A stretch of DNA of 63,104 nt, filler included, from Octopus bimaculoides (GCF_001194135.2; 5 parts of 4 records of this genome joined end to end with filler, not necessarily neighbours in it), one strand, 5' to 3'; counted from the whole stretch's first letter, positions 24,604 to 37,696 are shown. Notes: generated by a model not told the origin, from the sequence alone. Made by a program: numbers and translations.

Positions 24604-27600
24604 ATGCAAATGGGGGGAGGCGAAACACAACCATTTTATGTCCATAGTATGCACAGAGTTTCAAACAGTATTTAAAATAAAATATATGAAAATTAGAGTA
24701 TGTGACACCCTGTACCTCTCGCATACACCCACCACAATTAAATATCCTAATTTTCTATATTAATCATATAATCTCTAACATTTATATACTAAATTGCTTA
24801 CGAATATGAAACATTTGATCATTTTCCACGGTAGAAAAATTGTTTAAAACATATGATGAGCAAATATAAAAAAACACTGAGAAATAAGACAATTGATAGG
24901 TAGGTACCCTTCCAACATGGTGTAATTACAAGTTTTCACTATGTATACATTTTAAAATGATTTTCTTTTGTTTTTCAGATTATTTGAGACCTAAATTGCA
25001 TTATAATTTTACAAAAATACCTACATAAATTTAAACTATGATAATTTAAGTATATAAAATTATATAATGGCAACTGGAAGTAAATGCCGTAATTCAACAT
25101 TTGGATTTCCCGCAGAATTTCCTGCAGCAGTGAACCCATCAAAGGCTGATGTATTCCGACGTTATTTATACATACGAAAACGTGAACAGATATCAAAAAC
25201 ATCACCCAAAGCGAAAGATTGTTGCTACAGATGTGCAAACAATATGGGACAAATTTTCTTTTCCCTGTATTGGATTTCCGGGAATAGCTCTAAAAATTGA
25301 GAGATTGATTGAATGTGCTCATAAATTAAACAAAATACCTATCAAGCAAAGAAGAGATAGCTTTGATAAGAAATGAGAGGAGTTCAATGAAATGTTTTAT
25401 ATATGCACCAAAACGTATTATGACAAACACATAAAAAGATCTGCCTGTAGGTGTGACGAATAATAGAATGGGAATCATTTGTTCGACAGAAAAAAGACTT
25501 AATCAATTAGGACCTGTAGACAGAGAAATAACTTCAGGTAGAAAAAGAAATGCAGAAAGAGTTCAAAGATTTGAAAATAGGAAGGCAAAGATGTGCTTAG
25601 ACATGGACGTTGTCTCAACTAGTTATCACTCCTCAAATGATATTAATGAAGACAGTTGTGACGCATGTGACAATGATGACTCTGTTCCTGACATTGAACT
25701 AAGAGAAAACCAACGAGAATCCCGCGATCACAGCAAACAGATAACGGGTAATTTGCAGAGCTGCTGCTGCTGCCATCGTAGATACAGCTTTGTGAGATAT
25801 GGAAATTTTAAATGATACAAATATGCTAGATGAGAAAAATTTGAAAGAGAAAGAAAAAAGAGTTGGAAAAAAACAATATTAAAAACTGAAAACAGAAATT
25901 ACAAAGCTCAATTGCAGCGGTTTTGATGGCAGAAATAAAACTAAAACAGCAAGAGGAATGGAAAGGGAAAGGCACAATTTTATTGTGAAAGAGCCTGGTG
26001 ATGAGTATTTAGATCACGTCTCCCCAGATAATGGAATAGCTCGTTGCATTGCAGAAGAAATTATTAATTTTTTAATTGATTCTGACAGTCAAGAAAGTTT
26101 AAACGCTGTATTATGTGATTGTACTCCAGTAAACACTGGTCATTTAGGAGGGGTAATTAAAATAATTGAATTATACTTAAACAACCCACTTAAAGTGGCT
26201 GATATGGCTGCTTCTACAAATGAGCTTCTGTTTCGAGACGTATTAGAATCCATAGATGGAAACACAGCAGGACCACGAACATCAAAAGGTTTAATTGGCA
26301 ATAAAATTAAAGATGTAACAAACTTAAAGATAATCAAATTTTCTCCAGTAAAAACTAAAGTGAAGGAATTGCAATTAGAAGGTTTTGAGAATTGAAGCTC
26401 AGATCAAAAATATCTGTATGAAATGTGTCTTATTGAGACAGTTAACAGCATGACCATCTAAACAGTTAGCAGCGAGACTATCTGGTAAAATCCATCATAC
26501 AAGGTGGTTAACACGTTCAAACAGAATTCTTCGCTTATATGTTTTGGAACAAAATCCCCTAAAGAATCTTATGGATCTTGTTAAAATCATAACGCAAGTT
26601 TATGCTCCAAGCTGGTTCTGGATTAAATCTCACCCAAAGTTAGTTACTTGAAGGAGCAAGTAATGTTTGGTATATGGTACATTTAATGCAAGATATGAAC
26701 CAAGATCATAAAGAAGTTATGGAGAAATCGTTAAAAACTCATCCGTATTTTGCTCATCCGGAGAATACTTTACTGACAATGCTGAATGATGGAAGAAGAC
26801 AAATCAGGGAAGTAGCAATTTAAGGAATTATTAAAGCAAGAACATTTCCTCAAATGCCTCGTGAAGAATTAAGAAATTTCAAACTGCCAAGCCAAATTAA
26901 TTTTGAAGCAAAAGATTATTTTGATTTGATTAACTGGGAAAATGAAGTTATAACATCCCATTCAGTTTTAAGGAACTTTACAAATGCTGATCTTCTTAAA
27001 ATTCGTTCAGGACCATTAGCAGCAATAACTCTTCTCTATCCAAGCCAAGGAGTCGATCATGCTATCAATTGAGTGACGAGAGCTTCTGAGGTCAGAATAG
27101 GCTACGAAAATAGGCACAAATTCAAAATAAAAGTACAGAAATCAAAACAAAGTCTACCTCGCTTTGGCTGGAAAAGATAATGGTCATTTAATTAGATAGT
27201 AAATATTATTACTGCTTATTTTATGCTGTTCACTGTTCATGTATTTCTTTTGAGGTTCGTGCGTAGTATTTTTTTTATTGCATATCATAATAATCATTAA
27301 GAAGAATTTACATTTTTTTAACCTTGAAAATGCTTTTCTTAATATAGGCTTTTTAATTAAAAAATTAAAACAAACTATATAAATAAACATTCCATTAACT
27401 GTCTTTTTCAAGTGGGTGTGGAAGTAGGGTTGCATATAATTTATAAAAAGTTATATAGGTAATATTTAACAAGTACAAAGTTCAAAGCATTAAAACAAGT
27501 TTACAGTTCCTTAAATTTTTAGTATTCAAAACGCAGAATTAGAGCGGAGGGGCTATGCGAGGGGTAGGGTTGGTCGCATACTATTTAAAATTTGTTGATT

Positions 27601-27677
27601 TATTTCTCACACCAAAATGAACACCAAGTAATATGTGGAGTCAGAATATAAAATTTCGACTCCACCCCACAATGCAC
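24604..27677 (+). mobile_element. Degenerate 3.1-kb hAT-like DDE DNA transposon with ~125-bp imperfect TIRs
   Basis: Frameshifted transposase from ATG 25067 to about 27180: VLCDCTPVNTGHLGGVIKIIELYLNNPL, NELLFR...DGNTAGP, IHHTRWLTRSNRILRLYV, APSWFWIKSHP, HPYFAHPENTLLTML and LYPSQGVDH (degenerate CHTQxVER-type motif). 24604-24728 is inversely similar to 27550-27677. Subgroup (hATm/hATw/hATx-type) is uncertain. Confidence 0.82.
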
Positions 27678-28329
27678 TTATATATTTATACACACGTTTG
27701 CATATAGTCATACACATTTAAAAATTCTTTTATTCTTATATTCTATTACCTGTTTCAGTCATTTGACTGCGGCCAAGGGAGGCAATTATATTAAGAGAGG
27801 GGGTATATAAAGTTTGTATTGTCAGAGTAGAGATACATCGACAGCAAGAAAAAGGAGAAATAAACAAACAGCCGAACTGAAATGAAATGAAATGAGTTTT
27901 GTTACTGAAAACTATAGTAAACGATGGTTCTGGTGTGTTGATAGTGAAAAGTATTTTTTTTTTGTTGAACTAAATTTTTTACAGCGCTCTTCGCTTAACA
28001 CATGCGTATAAGTGCAATCATTTATCGTTGGCTCAATTGAAAGCTGTCATTCGTTTATAAGGTTTAGTGTAACCTAAATTATGGGTTCAAACGAAAGACG
28101 GTTGCGATCTGCTTGAGAGAGAGGATGCACATATATAGGGCACCGATTAGAGAGGAACAATGGGAAGATATAATAAAAAGAGGAAAGGATAACACAGACG
28201 GAGATGTCAGGAAATGAATGTAGACGAACGTTAAGTTTATTTAACGAAATCTAGACTAAGAATGCTATAACAATGCAAATCACCCTTTCTTTCTTAAATA
28301 GGTCCTCTTAATTTTTTTCATTCCGTGGA

Positions 28330-29255
28330 ATCTGTACGGGCCCCACTAGTTCATAAATATTACTGTAGAAAAAACACTCCTTTCCGAATACCTTATGATG
28401 CTCCATAGTTTGAGGTTCTGGCAGCCAAAAGTGACCCAGTGCGATCTCCCTGCAGCACAATCTTTTGACCTCGTGAATCCACATAATGCTAAGTGGAAGG
28501 CAACACCTCACGATCTTCTAGTCGTTGATGGTTGTTTTTACTCGCTCTCTTACCCCAAGCAGCATTAATACATCCTGGCAGCTATTTGTGGACATCGTCA
28601 CGAATATATGTTCTTAACACGCCCCACTACTAAACTCAGGCTCCCATGTAACAAAAGACACTTATAAGAAAAGGATTAAGCGAAAAATATACCGGCTAAA
28701 ATGTTGCCAGCTGCAACGCCCGTAGTAATTAATCTATATATAACTTTACTGGAATGAGACAAACATTATCTTGTAAACTGCATGATGACTATCATCGATA
28801 ACAATTGACCAATTTTTACCTGCTGATTTCAGAATTTCCAAACAAATTATCTTATCATGTACAGTTTCTTCACCAAATCGATCATTGTATTTTACCATTA
28901 TGCCCGAATTTGGCTATTGCCATAATTAAATACGCTAAAGCACTAAAACCAAAAGGTGTAATTTAGAAAAATAAGCATCATGATTTGTGGCAGCTTGAAA
29001 ATAATATTTCATGTTTCTTGAAAAACAGCTAGGCTACAGAGTTTCCTGGTTTCTTGTATGAAAGGAACAGTAGAGTCAGAAACTTCCATTAGTCTAAAAA
29101 CGAATCACCAAGAAAGTATAGGTTTATACCAGGAACATATCGTTCAAGAAAGTTTGGTTGATCCAAAAAGGTTTTTTTTTTGCCTCCTCTACATATAAAA
29201 CATGGCTTCATGAAGCAATTCGTCAAAGCTTTGTCACAGAATGGAGAAGGCGTCA
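28330..29255 (+). mobile_element. Degenerate Chapaev3-like (CMC superfamily) transposase fragment
   Basis: MICGSLKI...KQLGY.EFPGFL (about 28980-29065) and LVDPK..LPPLHIKHGFMKQFVKAL (ORF 29180-29365), with a weaker N-terminal W..P.D....DxCF-like motif near 28490-28540. The family name is from my recollection of these motifs. Confidence 0.7.
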
Positions 29256-30500
29256 GTTACAGGTTAGGATTGCATGGATGTGTGTTTCCGTCTTTTGTAT
29301 CGTGCGAACTTGGAAGGGATGTTGTCTCATCCGGAGTAGCTAACCATAACGTTGTACGGGTTTGAAGTGTAAAAAGTACCTATGGTCTCTGGAGAAATGC
29401 TGCTTGATTAAAGACAGTGAATTCACTCCTCGCTAATGTTTCGTTGTAATGAAGCGTGTGACCATGTTGGAGATCTCTCCGCGGCAGAAATTTTAGAGAT
29501 ACTTTTGCTGAGTCATGACACTAATTTTCTAGAGGCAGTGAGGATGCTTGTTAGAGATTCTGCAGATATACATCACAGTTCCCTCGTTGGGTTTCCGGTA
29601 TGTGTAGTAATTGCCAGTTATCATATAAATCATCAGGACCCAAGATGGACTTTGTAGCATTCATGGTGATTCTGACAATTAGGTCACTGTAATTAGTGAA
29701 TTGCCAACCAGAATCCAAAAGCCTTCAGGAGTGGGTATTTCGATATTGAAGGTAGAAATCGACCTGAGAGAGCGTGCAGGCTGCTTTGCTCTGAATGCTG
29801 GAGAACCAATCGATCACAGCTGTGCTGCAATCCCATTAGATTAACCCCATCAGCGTTCTAATATCGGAGTTGATAGCATCAACAATACACTTGCTAACAA
29901 TGTTTATTTCGCTCGTATAGGAATTAATCAAGCTGCATTTGGAGTTGGAGCGGGGATTGAATGTATTATTACTGAGCGTGAAATGAGAGAGACGCGTGGG
30001 GAGGTGGCCCACATAATCCTCTATATTTTGGGGAATGGCTGGCTCTTTCGCTTCTGTGTTTATGTCGTTGTATGTAGAAGCGTTGGTTATCTTGTTTGTT
30101 TTTGTGATTACATTTGTTAGGAGTCTTGCATTCGTGCAAGTATTATTTCCTTAAATATTCATTGTCTTGTGTGCCAGGATGTTTACATCAGGGGTCATTC
30201 CATTTTCACCATGTATTTTTTTTAAGAGTTTAAGAATGGGTTAGAATGATGCTGAAACCTTACTTTATGTACGATGTCCATTTGGCCTGCTTCGAAGTTC
30301 TCCATGTCCTAAGCCTGGAGAAGGCAATTTCGGGATTTAAAAAATAGAGAGACAGAGTGGGAGCGAGAAAGAGAGCCGAGTAGTGGGACAGATGGATAGA
30401 AAAATATAGAGTTCGATATATCAGGTAGAGGGAGAAGATGTGAAGCAAAGACTAAATCAAAGACATGAAATTCAGAGAATTCTTGAAACCTGCCTGTTAG
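29256..30500 (-). mobile_element. Second Penelope-like RT remnant from a different lineage, with part of the RT core deleted
   Basis: Minus strand: MENFEAG.MDIVHKVRF, ILAHKT, YNDINTEAK, SKCSLINSYTSEINIVSKCIVDAINSDIRTLMGL*W...VIDWF, VDFY, YTYRKPN...SNKHP and HYNETLARSEF. These are typical of the marine-invertebrate PLE RT type. No YxDD segment is visible. Confidence 0.78.
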
Positions 30501-30947
30501 TGCACGTTTTGTTTTTCGAAAAAGATCCTCGAGCGCTTGCGCTTAACGACGCGTTCTGCTTCTCTGATGAATCGCAATAAATAAAGTTTTCTAGATGCTA
30601 TTTAGATAGTTTTCTAAGAGTACGGGTGCAATTGTCTCTCCATTATAAACAGTTTATCAGACATATGTATAAATTTATCTTCTATATTTATATACACACA
30701 ATCGCGGGGACACGGGCGTGTGATTATGTGTATGTGTATGTGTGTGTGCGTGCGTGCACGTCTGTGTGTAATCCTCCTCCACAGACGATAACAGCCATAT
30801 TATAGAGAAATCCAAAACAGATCTCAAGTATACTCCGAATTTCATGTTTCTGCTTTAGTATTTGCTTCACACATCCCTCACTCTTCTCTCTCTCTATCTG
30901 TCGAAACGAAATCTATCTATATCACTTTATACCTGCCTGCCTTGTTA

Positions 30948-30981
<34 letters not shown>

Positions 30982-31495
30982 ATTCTCTCTCTCTCTGTCT
31001 CACTATCTCTCATTCTCTCTCTCTCTGTCTCACTATCTCTCTCTCTCTCCCCCTCTCTCTAGTTTTATATTTATTGCAATGTTATCAAATGCGGAAAACT
31101 TTACATCTCTTTCAGATTTATTGATTGTCCAATGCAGTGCAGTTATTTCTTTTCTCTTGCCATTTTTGACTGATCATTTTTATATAAACCTATATTCTCT
31201 TCACATTCAGCTTGCAGGATTAAGGGGAAAACGTTGTATTCAGTTAACAATAAAATATATTTTCCCATTTTCTAAACGTTGGTGGTGTTTTTATAACATT
31301 CGCTTCAAGTTATTATTATCATTAGTATTATTATTATTATAGTTTATCCCCGTGTTCCATATCAATGATATCTTTTTTTCCTTTTTGTGGTGCTGTATTA
31401 TTTGTTTGTTTTCGTTGTACTCTTCATATATACTTTTGCTATCTGAATATATTCCAATTTGCTTAAATGTTATTGGGCCAGGCCACTGAACAATT

Positions 31496-31532
<37 letters not shown>

Positions 31533-31625
31533 AACGATGTCATGTATGCATATATGCATGTATGTATGCATGTGTGTATGTATATACATACATATACACA
31601 TACATACATATATATCTATATCTAT

Positions 31626-31703
<78 letters not shown>

Positions 31704-31721
31704 TGTGTATAGGAAAATTTA

Positions 31722-32430
31722 TGAAAAAACAACAGATGAAGACAGGTGTTGTAAACAACGAATAGATATATTAGTATAACGCTCGAAAGTCTTTAACGTT
31801 TAATATATATAGAGAAAAATATATAAGTGTAGTGGCCAGCAATCTATCATGGCGAATGCCGGACAGAAGGATCACATAGGAGAGTTAAGAAGAAGAGGAG
31901 ATAACAAAGAAATAGAGATCCCAAGACGAAGGTACGTGTGTGTGAGAGAATGCTGGTGATCTTAACGTATGCATGATGCTTTATTAATATACCTGCAAAG
32001 ACATCACAACAATGTTACTCATAGTTTCACGTTCCCATTTGTCGGATAGTTTTGGTTGAGGGTATATATATATATATATGGGAGAATGTACGAAAAAACA
32101 ACAACAGACGAAGACAGGCGGTGTAAACAACAAAAGGATGTATTAGTATGACGCTCGGGAATGCGGAAAGTCTTTAACGTTTCGAGCTACGCTCTTCAAC
32201 AGAAAGAATACGGAGACAAGGAGAAAAACACGGAGAAAAAAAATTGAATAGTGTTCGGTCAACGGTCAATCATAGCTATGGCTGACCGGAAGTCAGAAAT
32301 TTTACACAGGAGAGCTAAGAAAAGGGGAGATAACAAGAGGGGGAGAAAGAACGGTGATCGAAGAACGAGGGGCTGTGTGTGTGAGAGATAGAATGCTGAT
32401 GATCTTGACGTATGCATGTGTGAAAATGGA
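31722..32430 (-). mobile_element. Tandem pair of non-coding Penelope-type repeat units (about 31722-31975 and 32085-32430)
   Basis: Both contain aacaacag..gaagacagg.g.tgtaaacaac...attagtat.acgctc...aaagtctttaacgttt and caggagag.taagaa...ggagataaca...gtgtgtgagaga...atgctg.tgatctt.acgtatgcatg. Confidence 0.7.
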
Positions 32431-33106
32431 GAGGGGAGAAAGGAGTTGGTCAGTTGTAGTGTGTGCGTGGTGTGATGTGAGGGTGTTGGGAGGTGGGGAA
32501 GGCATGGGTGGAGTGTTGGTTAGGCTGAGGGTGAGGTAGAGGTAGGNNNNNNNNNNNNNNNNNNNNNNNNNNNNNNNNNNNNNNNNNNNNNNNNNNNNNN
32601 NNNNNNNNNNNNGCGTATGTGGGTAGGGTGGTGGTGGTGTAAGGAATTGGATGGGGTGGAGTGGGAAGGTAGAGTAGGAGTGTGTTGGGGTGGGGTTGGA
32701 TGAGCTTATGAGGAGGGTTGACGATGAAGGGGGAAGGGGAAGGTGGATGTAAGAGAGGGGGAAGGTGGGTATGGGAGGGGTAGAAAGAGAGGAAGAGAAA
32801 GAGAGTGAGAGAGAAGAGAGTGAGAGTGAGAGAGAGGGAAAGAGAGAAGAGAGTGAGAAAAAGAGAGTAAGAGAGAAGAGAGTGAGAGAGAAGAGAGTGA
32901 GAGTGAGAGAGGGGGAAGGAGAGAAGAGAGTGAGAGAGAGAGTAAAAGAGAAGAGAGTGAGAGAAAGAGGAAGAGAGAAGAGAGTGAGAGAGAGTAAGAG
33001 AGATGAGAGAAAGAGTAGGGGTGAAGAGAAGTAGGAAGAGAAGTAGGAGTGAAGAGNNNNNNNNNNTGGGGGAGGAGAGGGGAGAGATGGGTGGTAGGAG
33101 GGAGGG
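32431..33106. repeat. G/A-rich low-complexity interspersed repeat, with a homologous copy at 47824-48020
   Basis: gtgggaaggtagagtaggagtgtgttggggtg...gagcttatgag...ttgacgatgaagggg...ggtggatgtaagagagggggaaggtgggtatgggag is shared with 47824-47990. Confidence 0.8.
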
Positions 33107-33553
33107 TATATATATATATATATATATATACCTATATATGCAGTATACGTACACACGCGCACATGCATGCACTCTCACACACACAAACACATAAAACATA
33201 ACATAATTTAGAATACCACCACAATTTGTAGTGTAGATAATTTTGAAGAAGTTTATTTCAATAACCTTTCAGCTATGGAGATTTGGCGTCCTCAAAGTTT
33301 TACAGCAAAACCTAACAGATTGCGCAGTCGGGTCAAAGCTCGTTATTGTTATTATTATAAATGAACATATATAACATTCTATTTGCGTTCTATATACATC
33401 CGCACTCATGTGTTCTAGCTACATCCGCACATATATAACATCAGTTGCTACATGCGTTCAATATACATACGCACATATATATAACATTCGTTACTACATG
33501 TATTCTGTATATATACGCACGTATATAAATATATACCAACATTTATATATACG

Positions 33554-33585
<32 letters not shown>

Positions 33586-35462
33586 TGGACGCGCAATGGT
33601 TAACAAACTACACTTGGACCCTCAGTACATTACTTCTGGTTCAAATGGCGTTACTTCTCTGATCCACAATAAACTGCTATGTTCCTTGACTTACTAAAGT
33701 GATCATAGATCAACGGGTTGAGATTAAAGACACTACAAAGCCATTACATCATTCAAGGGACCAGACTTTAAAACCAAGATGCTAGAATATATCCTTGTCC
33801 TCTTTGCTACCTGTTATGTCGGTTGTTGATGATTATCCTTTTGGATGGTACCAACAGGGGAGACAAGAAATTACAATATAAAATGGAACAGGGCAGTAAA
33901 TAACTCCTTCATCCAGCCATCTAGCTGCCCGGGAAAGTATTTCTCGTTCCTCTATACTGTCAACATTCCAGATATCGAACCAAGGTTGGGCTCGTACTTG
34001 ATCACTCGCAGAGATAGCAATGACAGCCAAATTGCCTTTAAAAAAGAATTATAAAAAGGGCAAATGTAAAACCTAGGAACACAGACATACGCAATGATCA
34101 CGACTTATGATGAAATCTTACATACTTCGTTATAAGTTTGCAAGATCAGTGGCAAATTGTGAATACACAGCAATAACACTAACATTCTGGTTTCTCATCC
34201 ACCCAACAGTCCATAGATACATACACTTTTATGTATGCATACATTTTTATGTTCACATACATTCATCTATACATACATGCATGCAAAAAATCGTTAATTT
34301 GCTCAGCTGTTAAACAAGATGATCTAAAAATGCTGTTAAGTGTCTATCAGAATTTAAAAAAGAAAACATAATAATATCAGATCACTTCAATCACGTTTGA
34401 AAAATTAATTAAACGAAACAGTTATAATCAGATCATCAATGAATTGCGAAATTAATTATTAACATTTTACTTCCAAAAGAATTTGTTATTCTCTTGTTCT
34501 GAGATAATCGATAGAGTAAATGTCATTTTATTGCATGAAACACTAATGAGCGGTGGTCTTTAAGCTGATAAGTTCACGGAGCCAAGATAACTGCGACTGA
34601 TACCCACCATTTTAACGCACTATTTTTCTGAGATAATCTGATATATGTTTATATTTTGAGCTCACACATTATTGAAGACTACTGTAATTGTTGACATTCA
34701 ATGTTAATTCAATAGCTTCGTTTTCCTAATATAAATACTTTAGAGAAATAAACTGATGCAAACATAAGAATTATACTTGAATACATTCGGATTCTGTTTT
34801 CCTTGCCGAGGAGAACAAATTCAGTTTGAGTCACTCTAATGGACACTGTTAAACAAGTGTGAAACACTTCCGTGTATGGAATCTTGATGTGGTTTCAGTT
34901 ACATTCGAAACTCATTTTCTTCAATTACGCTATTGGAAATATCTTTATAAAGGTTTTGATTCTACTCCTATTCCATTTTTCAACGTTTTGTTGGTGTGTC
35001 TGTAAAATTTAATTAATTTTTGTGTGTGAAAGAGAGAAGTTGGAGAGGAATACTGAAGTAAAATTAGGCTTAGATTGTTTTTAAAACTTACTGTTGTCGA
35101 AGTTTGGTGAAATACTGCTATCATAAGAATCCAAAATGGTTTGCAGAAAATCCGTTCTGAAAAATGAAAAGGGAAAATGCTTATGAAAGAAAGCTAGATA
35201 GAGAAGAGTAAGTGGCTGAAAAGAAAAATATTCTAGGAAGTATTGTCATATTTGGGGATGTAAATTTTTTATTTTTTTGCCATAGGACCGCACGCACTAT
35301 ATACTCGTTCTTTACTCCAGCTACATTATTATTCTTATTTTAGTGTCCTTTGTCTAAAATCTTTCATCACATTCTGTGACCACTTCAGTGACTCTCCATC
35401 TCACATGTCTCCTCCTCTTTTGCTTAGTCCATTCTCTCTTTCTGAGAGAAAGACGAGGAAGA

Positions 35463-35884
35463 TGTGAAGTCAGCTGTTTGACCTTAACCAGATGAGCATG
35501 TCCCTTTGTGGCTGACGATAGGTACAAACAACTCTGATCACGAGCAGAAGTAGTGGGGGAGCATCATAGCCACGTATTGGGAGAAATTCTTTCGGGTTTG
35601 AATAATTCACTTCTGGAAACATGGATATTTCGCTCAACACCTTTAAACAACCCCTATTTAAGGACTTTTTGTGCGGCATGGGCTATTCGACCTGAGACAA
35701 ATTCTAACTGAGCACCATCTGCAAAGTCATGCCCTGTTTATTTTGATATGAGATCACCATGTCGTACCCATATGGTTGTGATGCATGTCCTTGGTGTACC
35801 CTTATCACATGGGTAGTCATGAGGGTATATCGCACCCCAGTATCTTTTTGATGGCATACACTGCTCTCTCACTCAATAATAACG

Positions 35885-35976
<92 letters not shown>

Positions 35977-37080
35977 CACCCTGATGCAGTACCACACAGT
36001 GGCTATCCTGGATTCTGACATTAACTAACTGGAAGTATTATCATGTATATTGTCTTGTATTGGTATAAAAGATAGGCTACAGTAAATATCCTGCTCAATA
36101 CCAAAGATTTGCTCGTCAGTTCTTTGACCTTAACCAGTTGAACACGTCCCTTAGTGGCTGACGATATATGCATCTCTGATCACGAGCAGAAGTAGTGTGG
36201 GAGCATCAGAGCTATGTGTTGAGAAGAATTCTTTGGGGTTTGGATATTTCACCTCTGGAAACATGGGTGTTTCGTTCAACAGCCTTAAACAATACTTATT
36301 CATGGGCCTTTGGAGCAGGATGGGCTACTCAACCCGAAGAAAATACTAACTGGGCCCACCTTCAAGGTCATGCATTGTTTATCTTGATATGAGATCACCA
36401 TATCGCGCACATAAGGTTGTGATGCATGTGACTGGTGTACCCTTATTAGATGGGTAGTTATGACGGGTATTATGAGATTCATATATTTTACCCAATGGTC
36501 ACTTTGATAGCATGCACTGCTCTCTCACTCAATAACAATAATAATAAATGCCCTGGTGCAGTACCATGCGGTCATTCTCATGCCTTTTGATCTTAACTGA
36601 TTGGAAGTGTTATCATGTACATTGTTTTGTGTTGGTATAAAACATGGGCTACAGCAAATAATCTGCTCAGTACCACACATTTGCATATCAGTTGATTAAA
36701 CTTAACTAGTTGAGCATAACCATTAGTGGCTGATGATATTTGCATCTCTGACCACGGACAGAGGTAGTGAGGGAGCATCATAGCTTTTAAGGGGAATTCT
36801 TTGCTGTTTGAATAATTCACCCATGGAAACATCCTTAAACAACCCTTATTCAGTGACATTTTGAGTGGGATGGGTGACTCGACCTGACGAAAATTCTAAC
36901 TGGGCTCCACCTGCAAAGTCTTACGGTGTTTATCTTGATATGAGATCACCATGTCGCACGCATGTGGTTGTGATGCATGTGCCTGGTGTATACTTATCAG
37001 ACGAGTAGTCATGAGGGGTTTACTGGGCTTCGTATGTTTGTTTCTCAGTCTCACATGGATGGCACGCATTACTATCTCTC
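35463..37080 (+). mobile_element. Three tandem copies of a ~555-bp non-coding element separated by (AAT/AAC)n: 35463-35874 (5'-truncated), 35976-36530 and 36548-37080
   Basis: Shared blocks (ctctgatcacgagcagaagtagt, gatatgagatcaccat, ggttgtgatgcatgt, cactgctctctcactc). Copies 2 and 3 start at the same ccctg.tgcagtacca, and every copy ends directly in aataa. Confidence 0.85.
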
Positions 37081-37127
<47 letters not shown>

Positions 37128-37146
37128 TAATAATATTAATAACAAC

Positions 37147-37228
<82 letters not shown>
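37081..37228. repeat. (AAT)n microsatellite; others at 35875-35975, 37980-38003 and 38941-39003
   Basis: Directly visible. Confidence 0.95.
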
Positions 37229-37696
37229 NNNNNNNNNNNNNNNNNNNNNNNNNNNNNNNNNNNNNNNNNNNNNNNNNNNNNNNNNNNNNNNNNNNNNNNN
37301 NNNNNNNNNNNNNNNNNNNNNNNNNNNNNNNNNNNNNNNNNNNNNNNNNNNNNNNNNNNNNNNNNNNNNNNNNNNNNNNNNNNNNNNNNNNNNNNNNNNN
37401 NNNNNNNNNNNNNNNNNNNNNNNNNNNNNNNNNNNNNNNNNNNNNNNNNNNNNNNNNNNNNNNNNNNNNNNNNNNNNNNNNNNNNNNNNNNNNNNNNNNN
37501 NNNNNNNNNNNNNNNNNNNNNNNNNNNNNNNNNNNNNNNNNNNNNNNNNNNNNNNNNNNNNNNNNNNNNNNNNNNNNNNNNNNNNNNNNNNNNNNNNNNN
37601 NNNNNNNNNNNNNNNNNNNNNNNNNNNNNNNNNNNNNNNNNNNNNNNNNNNNNNNNNNNNNNNNNNNNNNNNNNNNNNNNNNNNNNNNNNNNNNNN

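Noticed and set aside
25067-27072. Separate ORFs 25067, 25149, 25453, 25958 and 26854 as host genes
   Set aside because: They are frameshifted pieces of one transposase lying between TIRs.
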